Under the pieces are notes generated by a model that made no database searches, was not told where the DNA came from, and was given only the letters and a program-made list of their open reading frames with translations. A stretch of 45,766 bases of DNA, from positions 1 through 45,766 of the forward strand of contig DATFFO010000035.1 of assembly GCA_035250025.1 (NCBI GenBank), read 5' to 3'. A program made the translations under genes and the position numbers. This document shows positions 24,211 through 35,819 of the stretch, piece after piece (within the stretch, counting starts at the first letter, position 1; the number at the start of each line of letters is the position of its first letter). The stretch comes from Acidimicrobiia bacterium (GTDB taxonomy: Bacteria; Actinomycetota; Acidimicrobiia; Spongiisociales; ZC4RG35).

Positions 24211-25449
24211 ATGCAGATCGATGCCCAGATGTTGGACGCCCTCGAGCTCTTGGAGCGGGAACGGGGTGTGCCGGTCGACGTCATTCTCGATGCCCTCGCC
24301 AACGCCCTCGTGTCGGCGTACAAGCGTTCGCCGGGTGCGGCGGAGGAGGCCCGGGTCACCATCGATCCCGACTCGGGCGACATCATCGTCTACGCCCAGA
24401 CCCTCGACGAGGACGGGAACGTGGTCGAGGAGTGGGAGGACACTCCCGACGACTTCGGTCGGATTGCCGCCCAGACGGCCAAGCAGGTCATCCAACAGCG
24501 CCTGCGCGAGGTCAAGCGCGAGCAGGTGTTCGACCTCTACGAGGGACGGGAAGGGGACCTCGTCACCGGGATCGTCCAGACGGTCGACAACCGCTTCGTG
24601 GTCCTCGACCTCACCGACGCCGATGCCATCATGCCCGGACCCGAGCGCATCCCCTACGAGCGCCTCCAGCGTGGCAACCGGGTCAAGGCCCTGATCGTCG
24701 AGGTGCGGGGAGAGGCCAAGGGTCCCCAGATCGTCGTCTCTCGCAGCCACCCCGACCTGGTCCGGCGTCTTCTCGAACTCGAGGTCCCCGAACTGGCCGA
24801 CGGCACCGTCGAGATAGTGGCGATCGCCCGCGAGCCAGGCCACCGCACCAAGATCGCCGTTGTCTCCCACGACGCCAACGTCGACGCCAAAGGCGCCGCC
24901 GTTGGAGCCCGGGGGTCACGCGTCCGCCAGGTCGTCAACGAACTGCGAGGCGAGAAGGTCGACGTCGTGCAATGGCGAGAGAACACCGCCGAGTTCATTG
25001 GCGAGGCCCTGGGTCCCGCCCGGGTCAAAGAGGTCCAGATCGACGAGGAGTCGAAGACGGCTACGGTGCTGGTTGGCGAGCACCAGTTGTCCCTCGCCAT
25101 CGGCAAGGAGGGCCAGAACGCCCGCCTCGCCGCCCGGCTTTCGGGCTACAAGGTCGATATCCGTTCGGACCGTGAGGACGAAGAAGGACCGGCCGGGGGC
25201 GAAGGCGTGGTCGTCGCAGAGACCGGAGTCGAGTCGGTGGCCGGCGACTCGGCCGCCGAGGACGCTGAGGCCAACCTCGAAGTCGTTCCCGAGAACGGCG
25301 AGCAGGTCACGACCGTGGCCGAGGCCCAGGACCCCGGAGTGGCCGACCCCGGCGACGCGGTGTCGCAGCCGGTCGAGGCGGCCGATGCCGAGGCGGTGAC
25401 CGACGCCGAAGAGAGCGACGAGGACACGGCCGCCGGCGAAGAAGAGTGA
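24211..25449 (+). CDS. nusA: Transcription termination/antitermination factor NusA with an acidic C-terminal tail
   Basis: N-terminal domain, S1 (GDLVTGIVQ) and two KH domains (GARGSRVRQVVNELRGEKVDVV; LAIGKEGQNARLAARLSGYKVDI). RBS is aggag. Confidence 0.96.
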   Translation: MQIDAQMLDALELLERERGVPVDVILDALANALVSAYKRSPGAAEEARVTIDPDSGDIIVYAQTLDEDGNVVEEWEDTPDDFGRIAAQTAKQVIQQRLREVKREQVFDLYEGREGDLVTGIVQTVDNRFVVLDLTDADAIMPGPERIPYERLQRGNRVKALIVEVRGEAKGPQIVVSRSHPDLVRRLLELEVPELADGTVEIVAIAREPGHRTKIAVVSHDANVDAKGAAVGARGSRVRQVVNELRGEKVDVVQWRENTAEFIGEALGPARVKEVQIDEESKTATVLVGEHQLSLAIGKEGQNARLAARLSGYKVDIRSDREDEEGPAGGEGVVVAETGVESVAGDSAAEDAEANLEVVPENGEQVTTVAEAQDPGVADPGDAVSQPVEAADAEAVTDAEESDEDTAAGEEE

Positions 25450-25461
25450 GTTGGAGTAAGA

Positions 25462-27573
25462 GTGGCGAAGACAAGGGTTTATGAAGTTGCCCGCGATCTG
25501 GGCGTGGACTCCAAGGAGGTCTTGGAGCGCGCCCTGGAACTGGGCCTGGACGTCAAGACCGCGTCCTCCGGTCTCGACGAGAACGAAGTCGATCTGGTCA
25601 CCCGCGCCCTGGCGGGAGAGTCCGACAGCGCCGTCATCGAGCCGGAGCCGGTCCCCGAGCCGGCCGTAGAACCGGAGCCGGTCCCCGAGCCGGCCGTAGA
25701 AGCAGCCGGGCCGGCACCCGAACCGGTGGCGGCGGAAGCCACCGCCGAGGAGGCCGGAGAGCCCGCGCCGGTGGACGTCACCGTCCCGGAGGGTGATGAA
25801 GCCGATGTCGACATTGCCGAGGTGGAGCGGGGCATGTCGGTGGAGAGCTTCGCCGACGCCATCGGCCGCCCGACCGGTGACGTGGTCAAGGCATTGCTGA
25901 TGAAGGGACGCCCGGTTGGCGCCACCGCAGTGATGCCCGACGACCTTATGGAAGAGGTCGCCGAAGATCTCGGCGTCATCGTCGACATCAGCGACACCGC
26001 TCCCGAGGCCCCCGAACTCAAAGTCGTGGCGGACCGTCCCTCCTTCGACGATGCCGAGGCCGATCTGGTCTCGCGGCCGCCCGTGGTGACCGTGATGGGT
26101 CACGTCGACCACGGCAAGACCACGCTCCTCGACAGCATCCGGAAAACCAACGTGGTCGGGGGCGAGGAGGGCGGCATCACCCAGCACATCGGGGCATATC
26201 AGGTCGATGTGGCGGACCGGAAGATCACGTTCATCGACACCCCGGGCCACGAGGCGTTCACCGCGCTGCGCGCCCGTGGCGCCAACATCACAGACATCGT
26301 CATACTGGTCGTGGCCGCCGACGACAGCGTCATGCCCCAAACGGTCGAGGCGATCAGCCACGCCAAGGCGGCCGGCGTGAAGATGGTCGTGGCGATAAAC
26401 AAGATCGACACTCCCGGCGCCGACCCACTGCGAGTCCGCACCGAGCTCACCCAGCAGGACGTCATCACCGAGGAGCTAGGCGGCGACATCCCCAGCGTCG
26501 AGGTGTCGGCGGTCAACGGCGAGGGCGTCGAGGATCTGCTTGTCATCCTCGACCTGATCGCCCAGCTCGACGATTACAAGGCCAACCCGGCGGCGTCCGC
26601 CTCGGGAGTCGTCGTCGAGGCCCAGGTCGAGAAAGGCCGGGGTCCGGTGGCCTCGGTCATCATCCAGCGAGGAACCCTGCGTCAGGGCGACGCCTTCGTC
26701 GCCGGCGCCGTGCCCGGCAGGGTGCGGGCGATGATGGACGACCTTGGTTCCCGGCTCAAGGAGGCGGGACCGTCGACGCCCGTCCAGATCATGGGGTGGG
26801 AGGACGTGCCCGCGGCAGGCGACTACTTCGAGGTCGTCGGCAGCGATCGTGAGGCGCGGACCCTGGCGGATCAACGAATGACGGCCATCAAGGACATCGA
26901 GCAGGCCATCCCCACCGCCCGCGAGCGGCTGGAGGGCCTCCTCGAGCAGCTGCGCTCCGAGGACGCCACGCTCCGAGTCATCATCAAGGCCGACGCCCAG
27001 GGTTCTCTCGAAGCCCTCCGCGAGTCGATCGGCAAGATCGGGCGGGAAGGCGGGAAGATCGAGATCGTCCACGGCGCCGTCGGCGGCATCAACGAGAATG
27101 ACGTCACCCTGGCCGACGTGAGCGACGCGGTGATCGTCGGGTTCAACGTCCGCCCCGAGCCGAGCGCCCGGCGCATGGCCGAGAGCGAAGGCATCGAGAT
27201 CCGGACCTACGGGATCATCTACGAGTTGCTCGACGACATCGAGGCCCTCCTGGTCGGCCAGCTTGCTCCCGAGGAGCTGGAGGTGGTTCTCGGGACAGCA
27301 GAGGTCCGGGCGGTGTTCAAGGTGCCCCGGGCGGGGACGGTGGCGGGCTGTTACGTCACGGAAGGCGTTGTCCAGCGGGGGGCGAAGGCCCGGTTGCTGC
27401 GCGGCGGTGTGGTCACCTACACCGGTTCCATCGAGTCGCTCAAGCGCTTCAAGGACGATGCGCGTGAGGTCGCTCAGGGTTTCGAATGCGGAATCGGCCT
27501 CGCCAACTTCAATGACGTCAAGGAAGGCGATCTCATCGAGGTCTACGAGATCCGCGAGATCGCCCGCACCTGA
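25462..27573 (+). CDS. infB: Translation initiation factor IF-2
   Basis: [14 protein letters not shown]..., then a Pro/Glu/Ala-rich linker, G-domain [12 protein letters not shown] / DTPGHEAF / NKID, and the C-terminal domain. The GTG start has a GGAG 5 nt upstream and lies only 12 nt after nusA. Confidence 0.97.
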   Translation: MAKTRVYEVARDLGVDSKEVLERALELGLDVKTASSGLDENEVDLVTRALAGESDSAVIEPEPVPEPAVEPEPVPEPAVEAAGPAPEPVAAEATAEEAGEPAPVDVTVPEGDEADVDIAEVERGMSVESFADAIGRPTGDVVKALLMKGRPVGATAVMPDDLMEEVAEDLGVIVDISDTAPEAPELKVVADRPSFDDAEADLVSRPPVVTVMGHVDHGKTTLLDSIRKTNVVGGEEGGITQHIGAYQVDVADRKITFIDTPGHEAFTALRARGANITDIVILVVAADDSVMPQTVEAISHAKAAGVKMVVAINKIDTPGADPLRVRTELTQQDVITEELGGDIPSVEVSAVNGEGVEDLLVILDLIAQLDDYKANPAASASGVVVEAQVEKGRGPVASVIIQRGTLRQGDAFVAGAVPGRVRAMMDDLGSRLKEAGPSTPVQIMGWEDVPAAGDYFEVVGSDREARTLADQRMTAIKDIEQAIPTARERLEGLLEQLRSEDATLRVIIKADAQGSLEALRESIGKIGREGGKIEIVHGAVGGINENDVTLADVSDAVIVGFNVRPEPSARRMAESEGIEIRTYGIIYELLDDIEALLVGQLAPEELEVVLGTAEVRAVFKVPRAGTVAGCYVTEGVVQRGAKARLLRGGVVTYTGSIESLKRFKDDAREVAQGFECGIGLANFNDVKEGDLIEVYEIREIART

Positions 27574-27591
27574 CTCCGGACCGCTTGCTAA

Positions 27592-27885
27592 ATGTGGGCC
27601 GCCGCCATCCGAATCGAGCTGCGGATACTCGACGCCCGGTCCTTGAAGGCGAAGCGGGCGGTGCTGCGACCCCATGTCGAGCGTCTTCGCCGGATGGCAT
27701 CGCTGAGCGTGGCGGAGATCGGCCATCACGACGCCTGGCAGCGGTCGGTGGTTGGGGTGGCGATTGTCGCCCCCGACCGGCATAGCCTGGAAGCGATGAT
27801 CGAGAAGGTCCGGCGCTACGTCGACACCCAGTTGGATGTCGAGCTCGTGGAGTTCAGGACCAGCTATCTGGAGGACCCGGAATGA
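27592..27885 (+). CDS. DUF503 family protein
   Basis: 97 aa, MWAAAIRIELRILDARSLKAKRAVLRPHVERLRR.... The sequence and the infB-to-rbfA position are typical of DUF503. Confidence 0.85.
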   Translation: MWAAAIRIELRILDARSLKAKRAVLRPHVERLRRMASLSVAEIGHHDAWQRSVVGVAIVAPDRHSLEAMIEKVRRYVDTQLDVELVEFRTSYLEDPE

Positions 27886-28283
27886 CGACCTCACCACGAA
27901 TGCGGAAGGTGAACTCCGTTGTCCGCGAGGTACTGGCCGACGAGATCGAGCGGCTCACCGACCCGCGCCTCGAGCTGGTATCGGTTACTGCTGTCGACAC
28001 GAGTCCTGACCTGCGGACCGCAGTCGTGTTCATCTCCACAATCGAGCTCGAGAAGGGGGCCGATGCCATCGAGGCACTCACCCGGGCCGGTTCCCGCCTC
28101 CAAAGCGCCCTCGCCCGTCAGGTCAGAATGAAGTACACCCCCCACCTCACGTTCGCCCTCGATAGCGGGATCGTGGCCGGGGACCGCATCGAAAGCCTCT
28201 TCCGTCGTATCGCGACCGAGGGGGAAAACGACGAAGATGTGGCCGACAACGACGAAGGCCAACCGGCCCAGGAAGAGGAATGA
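27882..28283 (+). CDS. rbfA: Ribosome-binding factor A with an acidic C-terminal tail
   Basis: RMRKVNSVVREVLADEIERLTDPRL..VSVTAVDTSPDLRTAVVF. There is an ATGA overlap with the DUF503 stop. Confidence 0.93.
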   Translation: MTTSPRMRKVNSVVREVLADEIERLTDPRLELVSVTAVDTSPDLRTAVVFISTIELEKGADAIEALTRAGSRLQSALARQVRMKYTPHLTFALDSGIVAGDRIESLFRRIATEGENDEDVADNDEGQPAQEEE

Positions 28284-29248
28284 TGCACAAAACGCCGCTC
28301 GACCAGGCAGTTGAGGCCATCCAGGCCTCCGCGAGACTCACGCTCGCCTGCCACGTCGGTCCGGACGGCGATGCCCTCGGATCGATGCTGGCGATGGCGG
28401 TGGCGGCGAGGAATGCCGGCAAGCAGGTGTGGCCGACATTCGGGGCGCCGTTCGAGCCACCCGAGACCCTGCGCTACCTCCCTCTCGACCTCCTGGTGCG
28501 CCCAGGCGACGTGCCGAAGGACAACGAGACGTTCATCGCCTTCGACACCGGCTCTGCCGACCGGCTGGGGGAGATGGCCAAGGTGGCCAAGGCGGCGGCA
28601 ACCGTGATCGTCATCGACCACCACGTGACCAACGAGGGCTTCGGCGACATCGCCCTGGTCGAGCCGGAGCTGTCCTCCACCGCCGAACTGACGCTCGCAG
28701 TGCTCCAGAAGTTGGGATGGCCGATCACGCCCGTCGTCGCCTCCTGTCTCCTGACCGGCATCGTCACCGATACCGGCCGGTTCCAGTACTCCAACACCCG
28801 ACCAGGCACACTCCTTGCCGCCGCCAGGCTGGTCGCGGCCGGAGCGCAGCCTGAAGTCATCGGCCAGCACGTCTATGACGAAGCCCCATTCGGCTACCTA
28901 TCGGTCGTTTCCGCCGTGCTTGGCAGGGCCGTGCTCGAGGAGGACCGCAGGATGGCCTGGTCGGTCGTCTACCCCGAGGATTTGACGGCCGCGGGAGTCG
29001 ACAAGGGGGATACCGACGCCTTGATAGACCTCGTCCGCCTTCCCCGGGAGTCCGACGTGGCCATCCTCATCCGGGTCGTCGACGACGTGACGGTCAAGGC
29101 GTCCCTGCGCTCGCGGGGCAGGGTCGACGTGGGGACCATCGCCGCCGAGCTGGGTGGCGGTGGCCACCACAACGCCTCCGGATTCACGTTCACCGGATCG
29201 GCGGAAGCGGCTGTCGAGGAGATCCGCAAGCGCCTTCCAGATGACTGA
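28280..29248 (+). CDS. nrnA: DHH/DHHA1 phosphoesterase (NrnA-like oligoribonuclease / pAp phosphatase)
   Basis: HVGPDGDALGS, IVIDHH, TGIVTDTGRFQYSNT and the GGGHHNASGF DHHA1 motif. Confidence 0.88.
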   Translation: MMHKTPLDQAVEAIQASARLTLACHVGPDGDALGSMLAMAVAARNAGKQVWPTFGAPFEPPETLRYLPLDLLVRPGDVPKDNETFIAFDTGSADRLGEMAKVAKAAATVIVIDHHVTNEGFGDIALVEPELSSTAELTLAVLQKLGWPITPVVASCLLTGIVTDTGRFQYSNTRPGTLLAAARLVAAGAQPEVIGQHVYDEAPFGYLSVVSAVLGRAVLEEDRRMAWSVVYPEDLTAAGVDKGDTDALIDLVRLPRESDVAILIRVVDDVTVKASLRSRGRVDVGTIAAELGGGGHHNASGFTFTGSAEAAVEEIRKRLPDD

Positions 29249-30113
29249 CGGCTTCCTCGTCGTCGACAAGGCGGGCGGGATGACCAGCCACGACGTCGTC
29301 GCCCGCGTCCGTAAGGCGACCGGCATCCGCAAGGTCGGCCACGCCGGGACGCTGGACCCCATGGCCACCGGGGTGGTCGTCGTCGCCATCGGCCGGGTCA
29401 CCCGGCTCATCCGCTACGTCCAGGAGCTACCCAAGGAATATGTCGCCACTGGTGTGTTCGGGGTGGCGACGGACTCTCTCGACGCCGACGGCGCCGTGCT
29501 GTCGCGCCAGCCAATGCCGGTCTCGGCGGCGGAAATCACGGCAGTCCTTCCCAGATTCATCGGAACCATCGAGCAGGTGCCACCGATGGTCTCCGCGCTC
29601 CGCGTCGGGGGCGAGCGGCTCTACGAGATCGCTCGGAGGGGCGAGACCGTGGAGCGGGATGCTCGGCCGGTCAGGGTCTACGAGCTGGAGATGACCGAGT
29701 TCTCGCCCGGCCCGTATCCGGAGGTCGGCTTCAGGGTCCTGTGCGGGAAGGGCACCTATGTGCGTTCCCTGGTGGACGACATCGCCCGTTCTCTCGGCGG
29801 GCACGCCCACCTCTCAGCGCTGCGTCGGACCCGGGTGGGATCGCTCACCCTGGACATCGCCCTTTCGGTGGACAGGCTCGGCGAATACGAGGACCACCTC
29901 CTCACGCCGGCGGCCGCCCTCGTCGACCTGCCCGCCGTCGCCGTCGACGCCAGCGTGGCGGACGGCGTCTCCCATGGCCTCCGGTTCGCGGCGGGGCCGT
30001 TGGCCGAGCTGGAGCCCAACACTCCCACCCTGGTACTGGGGCCTGAAGGCAGCTTGCTGGCGGTATACATGCGCACCGGCCGTGAGTCACGCCCTGAGGT
30101 TGTCCTGACATGA
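29241..30113 (+). CDS. truB: tRNA pseudouridine-55 synthase TruB
   Basis: MTDGFLVVDKAGGMTSHDVVARVRK..GHAGTLDPMATGVVVV contains the catalytic Asp motif. The ATG at 29241 overlaps the nrnA 3' end by 8 nt. Confidence 0.94.
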   Translation: MTDGFLVVDKAGGMTSHDVVARVRKATGIRKVGHAGTLDPMATGVVVVAIGRVTRLIRYVQELPKEYVATGVFGVATDSLDADGAVLSRQPMPVSAAEITAVLPRFIGTIEQVPPMVSALRVGGERLYEIARRGETVERDARPVRVYELEMTEFSPGPYPEVGFRVLCGKGTYVRSLVDDIARSLGGHAHLSALRRTRVGSLTLDIALSVDRLGEYEDHLLTPAAALVDLPAVAVDASVADGVSHGLRFAAGPLAELEPNTPTLVLGPEGSLLAVYMRTGRESRPEVVLT

Positions 30114-31012
30114 AGCTTGCGGCCGGCGCCGATCCGAGCCAGCACCCATCGGCGATCACGGTGGGTGTATTCGACGGGGTCCACCGCGGCCACGTGGCCC
30201 TGATCTCGGAACTCGTGGAGAAGGCCCGAGCGGACGGCCTCTCGGTCGGAGTGCTCTCGTTCGATCCCCACCCCGTGGAGGTCCTTGCCCCCACCAAGGC
30301 GCCGCCTCTCCTCACATCACCGGAACGACGTGTCGAGCTGCTGCGTGGACTCGGCGTCGACTGGGTCGGCATGTTGGACCTGCGGCAGATCCGCACGATG
30401 TCGGCCGAGGAATTCGTGACCGGGGTACTCGTCGACAAGGTGGCCTGCCGGATGATCCTCGTGGGCGAGGACTTTCGCTTCGGTCGTGATCGAGGTGGTG
30501 ATGTGGCACTGTTGGGAGAGTTGGGGGAGCGACTCGGCTTCGAGACCGTCGCCCTCGGGCTGGTTTCTGACGACGGCGAGGCGATCTCCTCCACCCGGAT
30601 CCGCCAACTGGTGACCGAGGGCGAAGTCCGGGCGGCAGCCGACCTGCTGGGACGCCCCCACCGCATCACCGGTCCCGTGATCCATGGCGAGGCCAGGGGA
30701 CGTACGCTGGACTATCCCACTGCCAATCTCGAGTGCCCACCGGGGATGGCGATGCCGGCTGATGGGATATACGCCGTCCGCGCCAATCGACGCCCGGGCG
30801 TGGCCAGCCTGGGAGTGCGACCGACGTTCGGCATTGGAGGGACCCGGCTGCTGGAGGTTCACCTCTTCGAGTTCGAGGGCGATCTGTACGGATCGAGCCT
30901 GGACGTCGATTTCGTGGAGCGTCTCCGCGGCGAGGAGCGGTTCGACTCGGTCGATGACCTCGTGGCCCAGATGGAACGCGACAGCGCCGCTGCCCGCCGA
31001 ATTCTGTCTTGA
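30110..31012 (+). CDS. ribF: Bifunctional riboflavin kinase / FMN adenylyltransferase
   Basis: [10 protein letters not shown] is the nucleotidyltransferase motif. The C-terminal kinase domain has [15 protein letters not shown] and [24 protein letters not shown]. There is an ATGA overlap with truB. Confidence 0.94.
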   Translation: MKLAAGADPSQHPSAITVGVFDGVHRGHVALISELVEKARADGLSVGVLSFDPHPVEVLAPTKAPPLLTSPERRVELLRGLGVDWVGMLDLRQIRTMSAEEFVTGVLVDKVACRMILVGEDFRFGRDRGGDVALLGELGERLGFETVALGLVSDDGEAISSTRIRQLVTEGEVRAAADLLGRPHRITGPVIHGEARGRTLDYPTANLECPPGMAMPADGIYAVRANRRPGVASLGVRPTFGIGGTRLLEVHLFEFEGDLYGSSLDVDFVERLRGEERFDSVDDLVAQMERDSAAARRILS

Positions 31013-31037
31013 TCCCACCCTTTGCGTTGCTGCTCGG

Positions 31038-31066
31038 TTTCCCATCGGCATGGGGTCGCGTTATCA
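31038..31066 (+). promoter_or_regulatory. Candidate promoter for rpsO
   Basis: TTCCCA (31038-31043), a 17-nt spacer, then TATCAT (31061-31066), in a locally AT-richer stretch about 40 nt upstream of the rpsO ATG. Confidence 0.25.
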
Positions 31067-31106
31067 TTACGCCAGTTCCCCGAACCAGATTCAGGTTTCA
31101 CGCGTC

Positions 31107-31364
31107 ATGAAGACGACCAAAGAGATCGTGTCCGAGTATGGGCACCACGACAGCGACACCGGTTCACCGGAAGTCCAGGTGGCCCTTCTCTCGGAGCGCA
31201 TCGCCCAACTGACCGAGCATCTCCGCGACCACAAGCACGACCATCACAGTCGACGTGGCCTCCTGATGCTCGTCGGCAAGCGTCGCCGGCTGCTCGACTA
31301 CCTCCGCCGTGAGGACGTCGAGCGCTACCGCACGCTCATCGCACGGCTCGGCCTCCGGCGCTGA
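31107..31364 (+). CDS. rpsO: 30S ribosomal protein S15
   Basis: 85 aa, ...[65 protein letters not shown]. It is embedded in a longer spurious track ORF (30684..31364). Confidence 0.96.
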   Translation: MKTTKEIVSEYGHHDSDTGSPEVQVALLSERIAQLTEHLRDHKHDHHSRRGLLMLVGKRRRLLDYLRREDVERYRTLIARLGLRR

Positions 31365-31556
31365 ATACCCGGGGGAGCGGCTGCTGCCGCCCTCTCGCCT
31401 GAGCTCCGGTCCCCGCATGGGAACGGGATCTACCAACCGACGCATCCTGCGTCGACACGAAGCAGGAGCCGGTCGGTTGCCAGTGGCGATCTCTCCCCGC
31501 CTGGAGAGAGATGACCACTGTCAACGGGCCGCTCCGTGACAAAAGGAGCACATCGA
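31365..31556 (+). promoter_or_regulatory. Structured rpsO-pnp intergenic leader; a candidate Actino-pnp-type or RNase III autoregulatory element
   Basis: A long hairpin spans 31434-31479 (caaccgac...tcctgc-loop-gcagga...gtcggttg). A second hairpin spans about 31489-31512 (tctctcc/ggagaga). The RBS aaaggag follows. Confidence 0.4.
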
Positions 31557-34070
31557 GTGCCCGAAATCACCGTATCCGGCGAGGTAGGTGGCAAGCAGCT
31601 CACCTTCTCCACCGGCAAACTGGCCGGACAGGCCGACGGTGCCGTCGTCTCCACCCTGGGTGGAACCCAGATTCTGGTCACGGCCACCGCCACGAAGAAG
31701 ATCCGCGAAGGGATCGACTTCTTTCCCCTCACCGTCGACTTCGAGGAGCGCATGTACGCCGTGGGACGCATCCCCGGCTCGTTCTTCCGGCGGGAGGGAC
31801 GTCCCTCCGAGGATGCCATCCTCACCTGCCGCCTCATCGACCGTCCGCTCCGGCCGGCATTCCCCGACGACTACCGCTGCGAGACCCACATCGTGGCCAC
31901 CTCGCTGTCGGTCGACGGCGAGAATCCCTTCGACGTGGTCGCCCTCAACGGCGCCTCGGCGGCGCTGTCCGTTTCGCCTATCCCGTTCCAGGGCCCGATC
32001 GCCGGTGTGCGTCTCGCCCTGAAGAAGGGTGACTGGGTGCCGTTCCCGACCGAGGACGACCTCCTCGAGTCCGTGTTCGAGCTGGTCGTCGCCGGCCGCC
32101 GCAATGACTCGGGTGAGATCGACATCATGATGGTGGAGGCCGGGTCGACACCCGAGGGCCTTCGTCTCATCGGAGATGGCGACGCCCCTTCGGACGAGGC
32201 CACGGTCACCCGCGGCCTCGAGGAGTCCAAGGGCTACATCGGCGCCGTCATCGACCTCATCTCCCAGCTCGCCTCCCAGGTCGAGAAGAAGGAGGTCGAC
32301 TGGCCGAAGGCCGTCGATTACACCGACGAGGTTGCCTCCCGTGTTGCCGAGGTGGCCCGTCCCAAGCTTGGTTCGGTCATCACCGTGGCTGACAAGGCCG
32401 AGCGCAAGATGGCCGAGGAGGAGGCCCTGGCGGCCACTCTGGGCGAGATGGGCCTCGCCGACGACGATGCCGAAGGTCGCGCTCAGGCCTCGCGTGCCTT
32501 CAAGTCGACGCTCAAGACGATGATGCGCGACCGTGTCATCGACGAGGGCGTCCGCCTCGACGGCCGCGGTGCCCGGGACATCCGCGCGCTGTCCGCCGAG
32601 GTCGGCGTCATCGAGCGTGCCCACGGCTCGGGCATTTTCCAGCGGGGCGAGACCCAGGTGCTCAACGTCACCACGCTCGGCATGCTGAAGATGGAGCAGA
32701 TGCTCGACACCCTCGCCCCCGAGGAGTCGAAGCGGTACATGCACCACTACAACTTCCCGCCGTTCTCGACGGGTGAGGCCGGGTTCATGCGCGGTCCCAA
32801 GCGGCGTGAGATCGGCCACGGGGCGCTGGCAGAGAAGGCTCTGCTCCCCGTCATTCCCGACGCCGACGAGTTCCCCTACGCCCTGCGTCTGGTCTCCGAA
32901 GTGCTGTCGTCCAACGGCTCCACCTCGATGGCCTCGGTGTGCTCGTCGACCCTGTCGCTGATGGACGCCGGTGTCCCCATCCTCCACCCGGTGGCCGGCA
33001 TCGCCATGGGCCTGATCCATCGTGACGACAAGTTCATCGCCCTGACCGACATCCTCGGTGCCGAGGACGCCCTGGGCGATATGGACTTCAAGGTGGCCGG
33101 CACCGCCGACGTCATCACCGCCCTGCAACTCGACACCAAGATCCAGGGCCTTCCCTCCGAGGTGCTCGCGGGAGCGCTCGACCAGGCCAAAGAGGCCCGG
33201 TTGAAGATCCTCGAGGTGATGCACCAAGCCATCGCCGAGCCCCGCGCCGAGATGAACCGGTACGCCCCTCGCATCGAGTCGATCGAGATTCCGAAGGACA
33301 AGATCGGCGAGGTCATCGGGCCCAAGGGAGCGGTCATTCGCGAGTTGGAGGCCGTCACCGGCGCCACCATCGAGATCGATGAAGCCGACGGCAAGGGCAT
33401 GGTGCGGATCGCCTCCAACGACGGCGAGGTCCTGGCCGACGCCAAGGAGCGGATCATGCAGATCGCCTTCCCGCCCGAGGCCGAGGTCGGCGAGGTCTAC
33501 GACGGCGAGGTCGTGAACATCACCAAGTTCGGTGCGTTCGTGAACATCCTTCCCGGCCGCGACGGGCTGCTCCACATCTCCAAGCTGGACGGCTCCAAGC
33601 GGGTCGAGAATGTCGAGGACTACCTCGCCCTGGGCGACAAGCTCAAGGTCAGGGTCGGCGGCCTCGACCGCGGCAAGCTCAGCCTCGATCTGGTCGAGGC
33701 CCTGCCCGGCGCCACGCTTCCCGAGCCCCGTGAAGACGGCGGCAACGGAGGCGACCGGCGCGACCGCGACGATCGCCCCCGAGGCGACCGTGGCGGTGAC
33801 CGCGGCGACCGCGGCGACCGGGGTGGTCGTGACAACCGAGGTGGCGGACGTGACCGCGGGGGCCGTGACAACCGCGGTGGTGGGCGCGACCGGGACAACC
33901 GGGGCGACCGCGGCGGCCAGCGCAACCGCTATGAGTCGGGCAACCGCTCTGAGTCAGGCAACCAGGCAGAGTCGGGCAACCGGTCTGAGTCAGGCAACCG
34001 CGCCGATCAAGGTGGCGACCGCCGCCGGGTGGCCCGTTCCTTCGAGGAGACCTTCGAAGACCGCGGCTGA
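31557..34070 (+). CDS. pnp: Polyribonucleotide nucleotidyltransferase (PNPase) with an Arg/Gly-rich repeat tail of about 115 aa
   Basis: Two RNase PH domains, then KH (IGEVIGPKGAVIRELE) and S1 (GEVVNITKFGAFVNILPGRDGLLHIS), then GDRGGDRGDRGDRGGRDNRGGGRDR...ESGNRS repeats. The GTG at 31557 is 8 nt after a GGAG; the track start is 31536. Confidence 0.95.
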   Translation: MPEITVSGEVGGKQLTFSTGKLAGQADGAVVSTLGGTQILVTATATKKIREGIDFFPLTVDFEERMYAVGRIPGSFFRREGRPSEDAILTCRLIDRPLRPAFPDDYRCETHIVATSLSVDGENPFDVVALNGASAALSVSPIPFQGPIAGVRLALKKGDWVPFPTEDDLLESVFELVVAGRRNDSGEIDIMMVEAGSTPEGLRLIGDGDAPSDEATVTRGLEESKGYIGAVIDLISQLASQVEKKEVDWPKAVDYTDEVASRVAEVARPKLGSVITVADKAERKMAEEEALAATLGEMGLADDDAEGRAQASRAFKSTLKTMMRDRVIDEGVRLDGRGARDIRALSAEVGVIERAHGSGIFQRGETQVLNVTTLGMLKMEQMLDTLAPEESKRYMHHYNFPPFSTGEAGFMRGPKRREIGHGALAEKALLPVIPDADEFPYALRLVSEVLSSNGSTSMASVCSSTLSLMDAGVPILHPVAGIAMGLIHRDDKFIALTDILGAEDALGDMDFKVAGTADVITALQLDTKIQGLPSEVLAGALDQAKEARLKILEVMHQAIAEPRAEMNRYAPRIESIEIPKDKIGEVIGPKGAVIRELEAVTGATIEIDEADGKGMVRIASNDGEVLADAKERIMQIAFPPEAEVGEVYDGEVVNITKFGAFVNILPGRDGLLHISKLDGSKRVENVEDYLALGDKLKVRVGGLDRGKLSLDLVEALPGATLPEPREDGGNGGDRRDRDDRPRGDRGGDRGDRGDRGGRDNRGGGRDRGGRDNRGGGRDRDNRGDRGGQRNRYESGNRSESGNQAESGNRSESGNRADQGGDRRRVARSFEETFEDRG

Positions 34071-34075
34071 GCCCG

Positions 34076-34169
34076 CCGTTCTTTGGTTGCAGAGGAACGA
34101 CCCCCACATTCTCTTGGGCGTAAGCAACGCTATTGGTTTGCTGGCGTCCAAAGAACGGTGGGGGCGTTC

Positions 34170-34170
<1 letters not shown>
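34076..34170. terminator. Inverted-repeat structure in the convergent pnp/ettA spacer
   Basis: An 11-bp perfect inverted repeat (ccgttctttgg at 34076-34086 with ccaaagaacgg at 34148-34158) is interleaved with a second pair (ggaacgacccccac at 34094-34107 with gtgggggcgttcc at 34158-34170). There is no U-tract. Confidence 0.25.
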
Positions 34171-35807
<1,637 letters not shown>

Positions 35808-35813
35808 GTTCGG

Positions 35814-35819
35814 AGGGTA
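35814..35819 (-). promoter_or_regulatory. Candidate -10 (TACCCT) 6 nt upstream of the ettA GTG, suggesting a leaderless start
   Basis: The reverse strand reads TACCCT-ccgaac-GTG with no SD. This supports the 35807 start. Confidence 0.4.
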
